Positions 1-10,619 of a stretch of DNA of 64,000 nucleotides are shown piece by piece. This DNA is from Basidiobolus meristosporus CBS 931.73 (taxonomy: Eukaryota; Fungi; Basidiobolomycota). Numbering within the stretch: the stretch's first letter is position 1; each line of letters opens with the position of its first letter. The notes under the pieces are model-generated. The model did not search any database and had not been told where the DNA came from. It saw only the letters and a list, made by a program, of their open reading frames with translations. The position numbers and the translations under genes are program-made. Where the stretch lies: assembly GCA_002104905.1 (NCBI GenBank), contig MCFE01000012.1:186001-250000 (forward strand), in the 5' to 3' direction.

Positions 1-120
1 TCCTGACAGTTGATCCTGAATGGATCTACCTGTAGGCCAAATTATTTTTCATAGGGTGTTGTGTTATGTTTAATTTGGGGATTGTTCTACCATATAGAGG
101 CTAATCAGCAATAAACAAAA

Positions 121-550
121 CTCTGTTTCACCCATTGTGCTGGAGAAAATCCATTTTGTGACTTTTTCCTTAGATCAATGTTGTGCAGGATATGTAAGAG
201 CACAGAAGGACTGAAGGCATGCATCTGGTACTCAATATCCATGGCACTCAGAATCTAGCTACTGTGGTTTGCATTATGTCACAAAAATGCATGGCAATAT
301 ACTTAAATATTGGGCCTAAAGTAACACCTATATAAAGCACCTATAGTGCCATATAGTACCAGTGGACCAAGATAGTGCCATGCATTTTTGTGACATAATG
401 CAAGTCACAGGAGCTAACTCATAGTGCCATGGGTACTGAGTACCAGATGCATGTCTTCAGTCCTTCTGTGCACTTATGTATCCTGCACAACATTGATTCA
501 AAACAAAAGGTCAAAACTGGATTTTCTCCAGCACAGTGGATGAAACAGAG
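121..550. repeat. Fold-back / MITE-like inverted repeat (arms ~121-296 and ~376-550)
   Basis: Arm 1 (ctctgtttcacccattgtgctggagaaaatcc...aaaaatgcatggca) is the imperfect reverse complement of arm 2 (tgccatgcatttttg...ggattttctccagcacagtggatgaaacagag); ~80 nt spacer containing ATAGTGCC motifs. Confidence 0.85.
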
Positions 551-809
551 GGGCTGCTTTGCATGATGATGAAGAGCTATGTTTCACACTCTGTGGCCAA
601 GTTCATGTCTGCTATACCTCTCTGCCACACAATGGCACAACTTGGCAATTGTGGCTCAATGTGGCACTATACAACTGAAAAAGTGTAGTGTTTCCCACTT
701 CTATTGCAGAGTTCTGGCCATTTGTCAACTATAGGGGTGATTACAGTTTAAAGTAGCTATTCTACAAGTAAAAATCACTTTCCTTTCTTGGAAAAATATT
801 TCCAGATTA

Positions 810-970
810 AGGAGTCTAAAGGGGTGTCTTTAGAGCAAAGGGGCATCCTACCATGGTCTATAAAGTGGACTTTACAACTAAGGGGTTTTTTAATGGGCCC
901 CTAAAGGGGTCTTTAGACTAAAGAGATGTCTAAAGGGGTAACTTTAGAGTAAAGGGGCTTCTTAGAGGGG
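810..970. repeat. Short-motif array (CTAAAGGGG / CTTTAGA in both orientations), probably TE subterminal repeats
   Basis: Motifs taaagggg and ctttaga recur many times within ~160 nt. Confidence 0.55.
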
Positions 971-1920
971 ATTTATCCAACAGAGAAGTGGTAGTTTTCT
1001 TGTAGAAGTTAGATTGTATGCTTGTGAGCTTTTCAGTCACTTTGCTGATGTAGTATTGGTTAAAGTCAGAATACCCAGTAGTGTAAGTGCTGCAGGAGAA
1101 GTCTAATAACCTTCAAGCTTGTAACTGTGTTGTGCAGATTCTGGAAAGAGAGCCTCTGTTTTATTCTTCAGCTGGGGAAGTCATATACAAGAGAATTTTC
1201 ATGGATCAGAGTTTCTGTGCAATTGCACAAGTGAAACAGGTGATATAAAGCTAAAATCTTGCAGTGATGCAGATTGGACATAGGTGCAGCACCTGTAAAT
1301 ATAGCATTTCATTTGATGGGCTGGTTTGAAAGTTACATGCAACCAATGTCACCTTAGTAATCCTAGCAAAAAAGGCCTAGTCTATGTTGTTATTGGACTC
1401 TTTTGATATGAACTGCTGAAATACTGTCTCAAATGACCTCTAATTTGAGTCATGTGTTAACTAATGAGTGTTCTACATGATCTATTATTCTTGAGTGGAT
1501 TCATTAGCAGGGTCTTGAGCATCTGTACTTCAAAGTTGTAAATTCTTGAACTTTTCCTTATGAAAAATAATTTGGTTCCACAGGTGGATCCAATCCAGAT
1601 CAGCCATCAAGATCCCATTTAGAGACCATCATAATAGCAGCAGCCTAGAAGCAGAGAGCCTCCTAACAATCTTATGATGGGATCATTATGGTGTTTTGCT
1701 AATTTTACAACCAAATAAAGGGATAAAACTTGACAATAGACTTGTTCCGTTGGATAGTGCCACATAGTGCCAGCCTGTTTATGGTGCCAGATCAATCTGG
1801 CACTCTGCGGCACTATCTGGCACTATAATTTCTACCATGATGCCAGTGGTATGATACAGTTACTGGTAATTTTACTCAATCTTACTTATGTTGCTCAGAA
1901 TAGTGCTTTCCTTGCTGTAT

Positions 1921-2847
1921 TTACTCTTCATAATGCTCCAGACACATTTCTCTCAGTGGATGTCTTCTTGTATGAACATACTGTGCATTAATAAGTATCT
2001 TAACTATTTTACCTATTCTGCAGTTTTCACCTATATATGACTTTCCTCTGTATTTACCTGCCAATATGCTGAATCTCTTCAGATATCCAAATGTGTGCTC
2101 TACCCTTACTCTAAAATGATTAAATACCTCATTGTAGAGCTTCTGCTTCCTGCTAAGCACACCATTCCTTGGCTTCCTATAAGCTGTAATACATCCTAAT
2201 CTCTGACAATCCTCTCCTATATAGGCTAAGTCTGCCATACATTTCTCCCCTCTACTGAATTCAGGATGATTCTCTACCCAGAGTGCTTTGTCATGCCTAC
2301 TTCCAGCAAATGGCCCACTAAACCAGATGATGTTACCCTCAATGTCAGACAGTGCTTGAAACTTCACACAGTGTGCCTTGTACTTGCCAGAATAAAAGTG
2401 CCTCTGCCCTCTAGAAGGACTGTTAATCCTCACTGGGAAGGTATCCAAAATACTCCTGATATGGAACCTGTTGCTGAACACTCTGGGATATGGAAGTCTA
2501 TTGGAGCTTCTGAACCAAGTATTCCAAGCTTGCTCTAAGTCATTCATACCCTCTGCAAGGTGGTTCTCCATTGCTGTCAGCTGGGAATGAAAGCTTCTAG
2601 GACTTTTGTTGCCATGGATGGTGGGATGAAACCTTGTAGGGCAATAGTTCTTGTAATAGCAGAGAAGCTTAACAAGGGATCTCCTTGAGTAGATTGGGGT
2701 TGATGGTCCACAGTACTTGGAATAGATCTCCTCTAGTGTGTCAATAGGAAATCCAGTGGTAGTGATGGGATTGATGAGAAAAGACCATTCAGATGAGTAA
2801 GTCATATTAAAGTTGATGGATGATTGTATGGAGGCGGTTTGAATCAA
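1921..2847 (-). CDS. PIF/Harbinger (ISL2EU-like) DDE transposase, DDE_Tnp_4 family; open 308-aa frame
   Basis: Motifs ILDTFPVRI (D1), YSGKYKAHCVKFQ, FSGPFAGSRHD, MADLAYIG (D2), YRKPRNG.LS..QKLYN, RVRVEHTFGYLKRF (E). Confidence 0.9.
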   Translation of the reverse strand: MIQTASIQSSINFNMTYSSEWSFLINPITTTGFPIDTLEEIYSKYCGPSTPIYSRRSLVKLLCYYKNYCPTRFHPTIHGNKSPRSFHSQLTAMENHLAEGMNDLEQAWNTWFRSSNRLPYPRVFSNRFHIRSILDTFPVRINSPSRGQRHFYSGKYKAHCVKFQALSDIEGNIIWFSGPFAGSRHDKALWVENHPEFSRGEKCMADLAYIGEDCQRLGCITAYRKPRNGVLSRKQKLYNEVFNHFRVRVEHTFGYLKRFSILAGKYRGKSYIGENCRIGKIVKILINAQYVHTRRHPLREMCLEHYEE

Positions 2848-3164
2848 TTGGGCGCAATATGCGTTATTTATCTGATTTTTAATACATTATAGTTAAATCT
2901 CCATCAATTGCCATGTATCCCATCATTATGTTGCAAAAATCATCCGCAAACAATGCCTTGGTACTTTTATTGATGCTTTAATCATAGGTCTATAATCAAA
3001 TAGGAAATCTGCAATTGATGTGATCTGATCCATGTCAACGCGATCCAAGATGCATCATGCATAATATATGGAAAATTCAACAATCACATTAGTTTTCATA
3101 TATATTTCATATAAGACCAGGCTGATGCCAATATACTGCTGTATAAGTATCCAAATCTGTTGCT

Positions 3165-4427
3165 ATGGTCCCCATACCAAGCCTCAACTCATCTTTAGTA
3201 CAACCCAGACAGAACCCATCCCCCAGCTCACAGGTGCGGTCTAGACCGGAGAAGTTGATGTTGGATCTGTTCGAGTTCTTACCAAATGATTTTAGTATGG
3301 CCCAAGTGTCTATGATGAGCCTTCATACAGATATTTGGGCACTACTGATTAATCTAGCAGAACTAGATACCTCAGAGAGTTGACAAAGATGGAAAAATTT
3401 GAGTAGAAAGCTGTGGCATGAGTTCTACATCAAGATGCCAGCTGATGTATGTAAAAAGATATATAACAAGACAAGTATTGAAATCAAGAATGAGCTGAGA
3501 GTGAGGGGATTTGACAAAGAAGCTGCGTGGGAACAATTTTGCGCGCAATTTGCACAGTACGGGCCGGACGCGTCTGTTTGTGCCTCAACTTTGGGAACCA
3601 AAGAGATTTTGAATGAGTTTTTGCCTCAAATGACTAATGTACTACGTGATATATTAGTAGAGCTAAGTGGCTTCCGAGAGCAATATACACCGGACTCATC
3701 CAGGCAACAGTTCCAAAGTATCAGACAGAGGGTAAGTGAATACCTTGAGGAATCAGATGGTGAGCTTTAGGAGGAAGAATACAGACTGCAAGCAACATTG
3801 TCTAGATTGCACCAGCACGCCTTGCTGGATTCCCTACCATCTCTTGCAACCACAGCGCGCCGGCGCACATCAGTCCAGACCATGCCAACACCCTTTACCA
3901 GAACGCCCCGCGTCAAGTCAACGCGCATTGAGTCAACAGGCGTCGGGTCAATGCACATGCTTCAGAGCAAAACTACAAGAACTCGCAAAACTGCTCATTT
4001 AGACACAAGTCCATTGGAGCGGACCAAGTTGCGTCAACATGCAGCATCACATCAAACTTAGCCAAGGGCCATCTCAACACGTCAAGGCGTGCCTCTGCAT
4101 GCCATTTTGCCTGACCATCAGCAAGTTACTTCTGGTGAACTGACTGATGATGACCAACATGAAGTGCCTCAACCACCAGAGCCCTTGGCAAGTAAAAGAA
4201 CGCGTCAGCGCGTGGCACTACAGGCCGGTTCAGTTGGTTCAGTTGGAGCAATTCAGCACGGCCAAGCTGCAGCATTGCACTCATCAACTAGGAGGCAAAA
4301 TACTGACTACAAATACACAAGTAGCCAAGATGATAGTTAGCCAGGAAGTAGTATAGGTGTGCAAAGTGAGTCACTACCAAATGCTTCAATAGTAATCCCT
4401 GTGAGAAAAAAACCTAGGAGAAGATGA
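3165..4427 (+). pseudogene. Divergently oriented Harbinger partner gene (Myb/SANT/MADF-like), broken by 4 in-frame stops
   Basis: ORFs 3165, 3399, 3798 and 4089 share one frame, separated only by TGA 3381 and TAG 3768, 4059, 4338. W-ALLINL...ES*QRWKNLSRK resembles MADF/SANT helix 3. Confidence 0.55.
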
Positions 4428-5329
4428 TGCAATTGCTTTGAATTGCTCACATTTGTAATGATCCCAACAACCCTTTTTTTTTGCAATCCAAATCAAGCCA
4501 TTGCAAATCAGTGATCATCAAATTTTTGATATAAGTAATATCAAGGTTGTCTCACATTTGAGACAGAACCCTTATAAATAAACACACTGCATATATATAT
4601 GTCATCTGTAATACCAGTGCAGCTATTGGATCTGTTTGCACCTACATGATTGCTTGCGTGCTAGCTATGACACCTTGTCCAATCACTAGGATCAGGGATT
4701 TACTTGCTCAATGGGCAAAATTGGATATTTGATGGCAAATCAGGTAGCTTTTTCAGTAGTCAATGAGCCAATTGGGGGCTGCCTGCTTCAGGATACTTTT
4801 GGACCAATTAACCACTGAGATACCGTCCAATTGGAGTGAGGGTAACCAAAATGGTAAGTATCAGTGTAGTTTATAGTGTGATACACATTTATTTCCATTT
4901 ACATTAAAGAAACCTATCCAAATACCAGATTTTACCTGCCATTATAGCGGTATCCAATTGCGCATGTGATGCAAACATTACAAGTTGGTGCAATCATCAG
5001 GGCCAACCTTATCATGTCAGATTGTGCCATAGTGTGCGAGATCATCCCCATAGTGCAAAATTGTCCAAGAACAATCCTGCCTTCTGGTAGCTATAATATT
5101 GCGCCCAATCGTTCTTTACAACCACAGATTACGCCGCGCGCCCTGGCACGGTACAATGGAACAAGTCTAATATTTTATTGGTGCTAGGACAATATTTGCA
5201 TGGAATTGTTGCAGTCTTTCAGTGCTCTATAACTATTTCAAGTGGATCCAGTTGTCCAGGACATCCAAATGCCTTATATGGCAAGAAACTTGATGGTATT
5301 TTGACAGCCTCACAGCAAAACTCTGATGG

Positions 5330-8322
5330 CATTATATAGGCAGGATGACAGCCTATTGCTGGTTCTGTATGTTGCTACCATACCAATTTACCAAATGGTA
5401 TTTCCTTTTTCTACCTCCCCTTGTGCAATTCATATATTCCACTGTAGAATCACCCCTACTTATTTGCTAACCCACCACTACCTTAGGTATTCCACATATA
5501 CATTGAATAAAAAAGAACTTGGGCTTCCATGTGCCAACTCATCACATCCATGATGGACTTGAAGGTAATATTCTTGATGAGATTGGGATATGGTTGTACC
5601 TACAACTTGACTTGTCTTCCTATCTCCCCACACATCTGCTCCATAAGAAACTCCCAAAAGGTGAAGCAAGGCCCAATATTCTCCACACACCATGCAAGAC
5701 AGAGCAGAGAATGGATACAGTAGTGGCAGAGACCTACGCACTTAGCTTTGTGTTTGTAGTATAGCTGCTCAAATCCCTTAACAAACTCCTCACACAACAG
5801 CTGTAGATGCGTTGTGGTGGTGTAGAGGTACTCCTGGGAGAAGCTACACAACTCAAGGTTTGTGAGGTGTCTGATGGGTGCAATAACCTCTGTGTCTAAA
5901 CTGCTGGTGTCTTTGTCAATATGTCACTATGGTAAAAGCTCCTGCTTCTCTAGCTTCATAGGTGCTCCAAGTGTCTCGAAAGGCCTCTGTGTGTCTTGTG
6001 CACTACCTTGAAAAGCTCCTTGATGGCAGGTCTGAGATGTACTGTTGAAGGCAGGTGCAGTGATCAACTGCTAATCAATAAGGGAGAAGTGTTACTGATA
6101 GAAGGGATGATTTATTGATGAGGGATTGCTTTCCCTTAAATACTTTTCCTGATTGCCAAGTGATTACTAATGACAAGGTTCTAGAAGATTCTAGGTATCA
6201 GTGGAATTCTTGATGACATCACTATGAGCTAAAAATATGCCAAGAATGTCCTGGAAGGTTCTAAAAGGCACAGCACTCTCAACCAATCAGGAATCAGTAG
6301 TCTGAAACCTGTGCAACATAGAAATACCATATATGGTATTGAAATGGTAGAGATGGTAACACAGACCTAGGTCATGTGTCACGGGTACTGACGCGGGTAC
6401 TTGCCTTATATAGATACATCCACTGATCACAAAGCTGAATAACATCTGGGATAACTAATGCTAATAACTAATCAGGGTAAACATCATATGGGGATAATAC
6501 TGATAATATGGGCAAAAGAAGAATGGGATAATACTGATAAGATAAAATATGGATAAGTATATCATAATGACTATATGAATAAACTTGTCTGTGGGAGGTA
6601 TGTTTACCCTACCACAGCGTCAAGTTGGCATTGGTGGTCTGCTTCTGGATAAATATTCCTACAATGTCCACATATGACTGCCAATGCTTCTGATGTACTC
6701 TTGGTAGGAATAGCTTCAGAACACCACTTGAATAAATATATATCCAGTTCATCTAGTCTTTGCATTTGTATTGTTGCATATATGTATGAATATTAATTGG
6801 AGCCCATGAGAAGTACTTGGAGTAGCAGATACTCTGAAATCTCTTGCCAATTCTTTCAAATTTCTCTGGTTTCTCAAAGGGCTCATTTAGCTGGAAATGC
6901 CCCATGTACAACTTGGTCATCAGTACAGGGATATTGTTGAAAAGCAAACACATTGCTCCCAGTGGAAAGCTTTTGCTCCTACAGATACCCTCTATCTTAG
7001 CTATATCTGGTTTCCAATTGATTCCATATTCCAGCCAACAGCTTATAGCTTGCCAACTTTGCTGCAATTGCATGCTGACATCTGAATGTTCTCTCTGTGG
7101 GAAGATGATGTTCTTAGTGCTGGTGTTTGGTTATTGATAATGTGTGCAAGTTATGGAGTAAATCCCCTGGATCTCACACATTCATCAGCAGTACCATCCA
7201 TTGTGCCTAGAAAAACCTACTATCTTGCAGATAACTGGGGTACCTCCAATGCGTAAAATACTATGTGATTTTACATGATGGCCATTTACTGTTATAATGC
7301 TGGAAAGCATACAAAATCCATCCAGCAATGGATTCAGGTAGATATCCAGGTTAGATGGTGATTTAGGCCCAAATACCAGTGAGACTACCTTCAGACTATT
7401 GCTCTGATACTGTAAGACATGCAGCAGATTCAGATTGATAAGAATTAGTGGCCAGCAGGATTTGCTGGTGGAGTACTTGTTTAATGATAATTCATCAAGT
7501 GCTATGGCATGGGCATGGTCACACACAGACAGTGTATCACTTGAATATATCCATAGTGTGAATAATGTTTACCCTAAATGGCGGTGGATTCCTGACAATT
7601 TGGACCCATTGCAATGGTAGCATTTTTGGATGTGCATGCCATGCAACTGTTAACACATGCTGGAATCAGGACAGTCTCTGCATCATATGCTGCCAACCAC
7701 ATGACAGTTGTCCACTTGTACCATGTGCATGGTAAGTTGCATCCCGGAACAATTTTGGCTAGAAGAAGTAATAAATCCTCAAAGCCCCCATTACTGATAT
7801 TACTGGGAATGTGCCACTTCTGTAGCCACTGTGTTACATCATTCACCAGTAGATGGATCACTGGGCTTGCTTGGCTCCATAAAGTATCCTTTGCATTTGT
7901 TTCAACAGGTGCTGTCTCATTGTGTATTGGGGTTTGACCAGGCTCATACATGGTACAGTTGTCAGGGGAGATAAGTTTGCAATCCATTAGTGAGCCTTCT
8001 TTGTCAGAGCTATCACTCTGCATGCCATATTCAGAAGGCTGAGGTGAGCCTAGAGGCATCACAAACTCACCTGCCTCAGCTTGCACAAGGTGACAAAGAT
8101 GGTCTGGTGCCAATATATAAGTATTTACTGGCTGGGAAGATAATGTTGGTACAGTAGAGACCAATGAATGGTTAAGTATGACTTGTGTGGCAAAATGCTG
8201 CCATGATCCTTGCAATACTTCCTATGCTCTCTGTGTGCCTCATGGCCAAGAGGCTTGCCACAATAGCCACATGGGCTTTTTTCTCTTCTCCTATGGTGTT
8301 GAGTCAAAGTAGTCTTGTCCAT
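5330..8322 (-). pseudogene. Fragmented CMC/EnSpm transposase (Transposase_21 / tnp2 family)
   Basis: ACVNSCMA...PNCQE; SCWPLILINLNL...FGPKSPSNLDIYLNPLLD; GGTPVICKIVGFSRHNGWYC; FPLGAMCLLFNNI; EEFVKGFEQLYY...IHSLLCL...IGP...WEF.MEQMCG; many stops and frameshifts. Confidence 0.85.
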
Positions 8323-8859
8323 GTGGCTAACAGTTTGATCTTCAACAATGTAACACCATTATATCACTTTTTGGTCAATACTCATGTGAATCTAAGGCAG
8401 TCTTGTATTTGAGACATTGCACCTACATGAATGTAAGATTCAATGATGACCTGCCATAGTAAGCATTATAAACAAAGTTGTGGCACCACATACACATGTA
8501 TATGTAACACTATTTCCCCTTTAGTTTGACTCACTTCCATATATATGCCACCAAAAAATAAAGCAAAGTTGTCTGGTTCTCAACTAAACCCCACCGCTAA
8601 TGGCAACACAAGAACAATTGGACAACAGCTTGCTTTGACATTTGGTGCAGCAAGCAGGGCTACATTCATTGGTAGTGAACCAATCAAAATCCACTTATAC
8701 ATTGTTGTGATGAGAAGTTTTGTACCTGGTATTTTGGTGAAAATATTCTAAGCAAATCCCAACAAGGAATTTGGTCAGTATTCTCTAGGATTTGAAGGTA
8801 ATGATCTAAGTGGCCAAGTTAGGTGAATATTTAGGTGGATTTACAAATTTATACAACAG

Positions 8860-10279
8860 TATTCATGGCAGAAGTGGCAACAACCAAGCATATGTTTGCA
8901 AGATGTATATGCTACAAGCAGTACAAGGTATATGGCAACTTTGTAAGTATCACACTAAAAAACCATAAAGTTGAGGTGATTGCAGTATGTCAATTGCAGC
9001 AGGTGTGCACACTTGTAGAGGTTAGTAAGCAGGAGGCCATAGTTCTTCTAATTCAAACTATATGCAGAATACCCAAGGTAGTAGTGGGTAAGCAAATAAA
9101 GAGGGGTGATTCTACAGTCAAATATATGAATTGCACAAGGGGAGGTAGAAAAAGGAAATACCATTTGGTAAATTGGTATGGTAGCAATATACAGAACTAG
9201 CTGTAGGTTGCCATACTGCCACTATGATGCCATCAGAGTCTTACTGTAAGGCCATCAAAATACTGTCAAGATTTTTTCCATATAAGGCAATTGGATGTCC
9301 TGGCCAGTTAGATCCATTTAAAATAGTTGTAGAGCACATTAAGACCGCAAAAATGTCATGCAATTATTGCCACAGCACCAATCAAACCCCATCAAGTTTT
9401 ATAACTTTATATGGCACTAGAATTAGCAAAACACCATTGTGATCCCATTATAAGATTGTTAAGAGGGTCACTAATTCCAAGCTGCTGGTATTATGATGGT
9501 CTCTAAACAGCATCCTGATGGCTGATCCAGATTGGATCCACCTGTTGAACCAAATTATTTCTCATGGGGGGTATACATGGCAAAAGTGATGGTAACTAAG
9601 CTTATGTTTGCAAGATGTACATGTTACCAGCAACTCAAGGTATGTGGCAACTTTGCAAGTATTACACTAAAATATTGTAAAATTGATGTGATAGTAGGGT
9701 GTTAATTGTGGCAGGTGTGCCTATATGTAGAAGTTAGTAAGCAGGAGGCCATAGTTTTGCATGATTCAAACTACATGTGGAGTACCCAAGATGTTTGTAG
9801 GTAAACAAATAAAGAGGGGTGAATCTATAGTAGAAATATGTATTGCACAAGGGAAGGTAGAAAAAGAGAATACCATTTGGTCAATTGGTATGGTAGCATT
9901 ATACAAAATTTGCTGTAGGCCTCTGTACTGCCATCATAATGCCATTGGAGGCTTGCTATGAGGCCATCAGAAAACCATCAAGTTTGGTGCCATATAAGAC
10001 ATTTGGATGTATTGGCCAGTTAGATCAGCTCAGATAAATGTAGAGTGCATGATGACCATTACAATGCCATGCAACTCTTGTCAAAAGACTGCTTAAACAC
10101 TGTCAAGCTTTTAACTTTATTTGTAAGTAAATTTAGCAAAATGCTATTACAGTCTGGCCATAGGATTGTGTGGAGGGCCATTAATTCCAAGCTGCAGCAT
10201 TATGATGGCCTCCTTGTGGGATTCCGGCAGTTAATCCAGATCTGATGCACTCACAGGATCAAGTTATTTTTCATAGGGG
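8860..10279 (+). repeat. Diverged tandem duplication (~710 bp unit) of the element's right end: 8860-9573 and 9574-10279
   Basis: Colinear shared blocks (tatgtttgcaagatgta; gttagtaagcaggaggccatagtt; aaataaagaggggtga; ataccatttggt.aattggtatggtagca); each unit ends in TIR ...TCATRGGGG followed by TA. Confidence 0.85.
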
Positions 10280-10280
10280 T

Positions 10281-10590
10281 ACCCTATGAAAAATCTCAAG
10301 CTTGGAATTCATCTGATTTTCAGCTGGTATTCTGATGGTGTTTTGCATGTATTCAGCTGGTATTTTTGGTTCAAAACATCAAATGCAGCTACCAATGGAA
10401 GTAACAAGCAGCTAACTACCAAATTTGGCATGGATGCTAGTTGGCATAGTCTCCACCTGGGGAATGTGTTTGATTGCCCACCCATCAGCTAACAACCAAG
10501 ATATTGAGAGTAGTCAATTTTGAGAAACTTGGAATTCAGCTGATATTATGATGGTATTTACTGGCCTTTTCTGAGTTTTTATCTTGGGGG
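10281..10590. mobile_element. ~310-bp MITE with CCCTATGAAAAA-type termini (same family as 35027-35349)
   Basis: Starts accctatgaaaaatctcaagcttggaatt and ends tttttatcttggggg; reverse-complement match to 35027-35349 along its length. Confidence 0.75.
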
Positions 10591-10619
10591 ATAGTGGTTG
10601 ATGAATGCTCAAACATGAC

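Larger units (their letters stand above)
1556..10279. mobile_element. Degenerate CMC/EnSpm (CACTA-superfamily) DNA transposon with long imperfect TIRs
   Basis: 1556-1710 (ccttatgaaaaataatttgg...ggtgttttgctaatt) is the reverse complement of 9420-9571 and of 10130-10279. Termini read CCC(C)TATGAAAAA, matching the 5'-CMC terminal consensus. Encloses tnp2-type transposase remnants. Confidence 0.7.
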
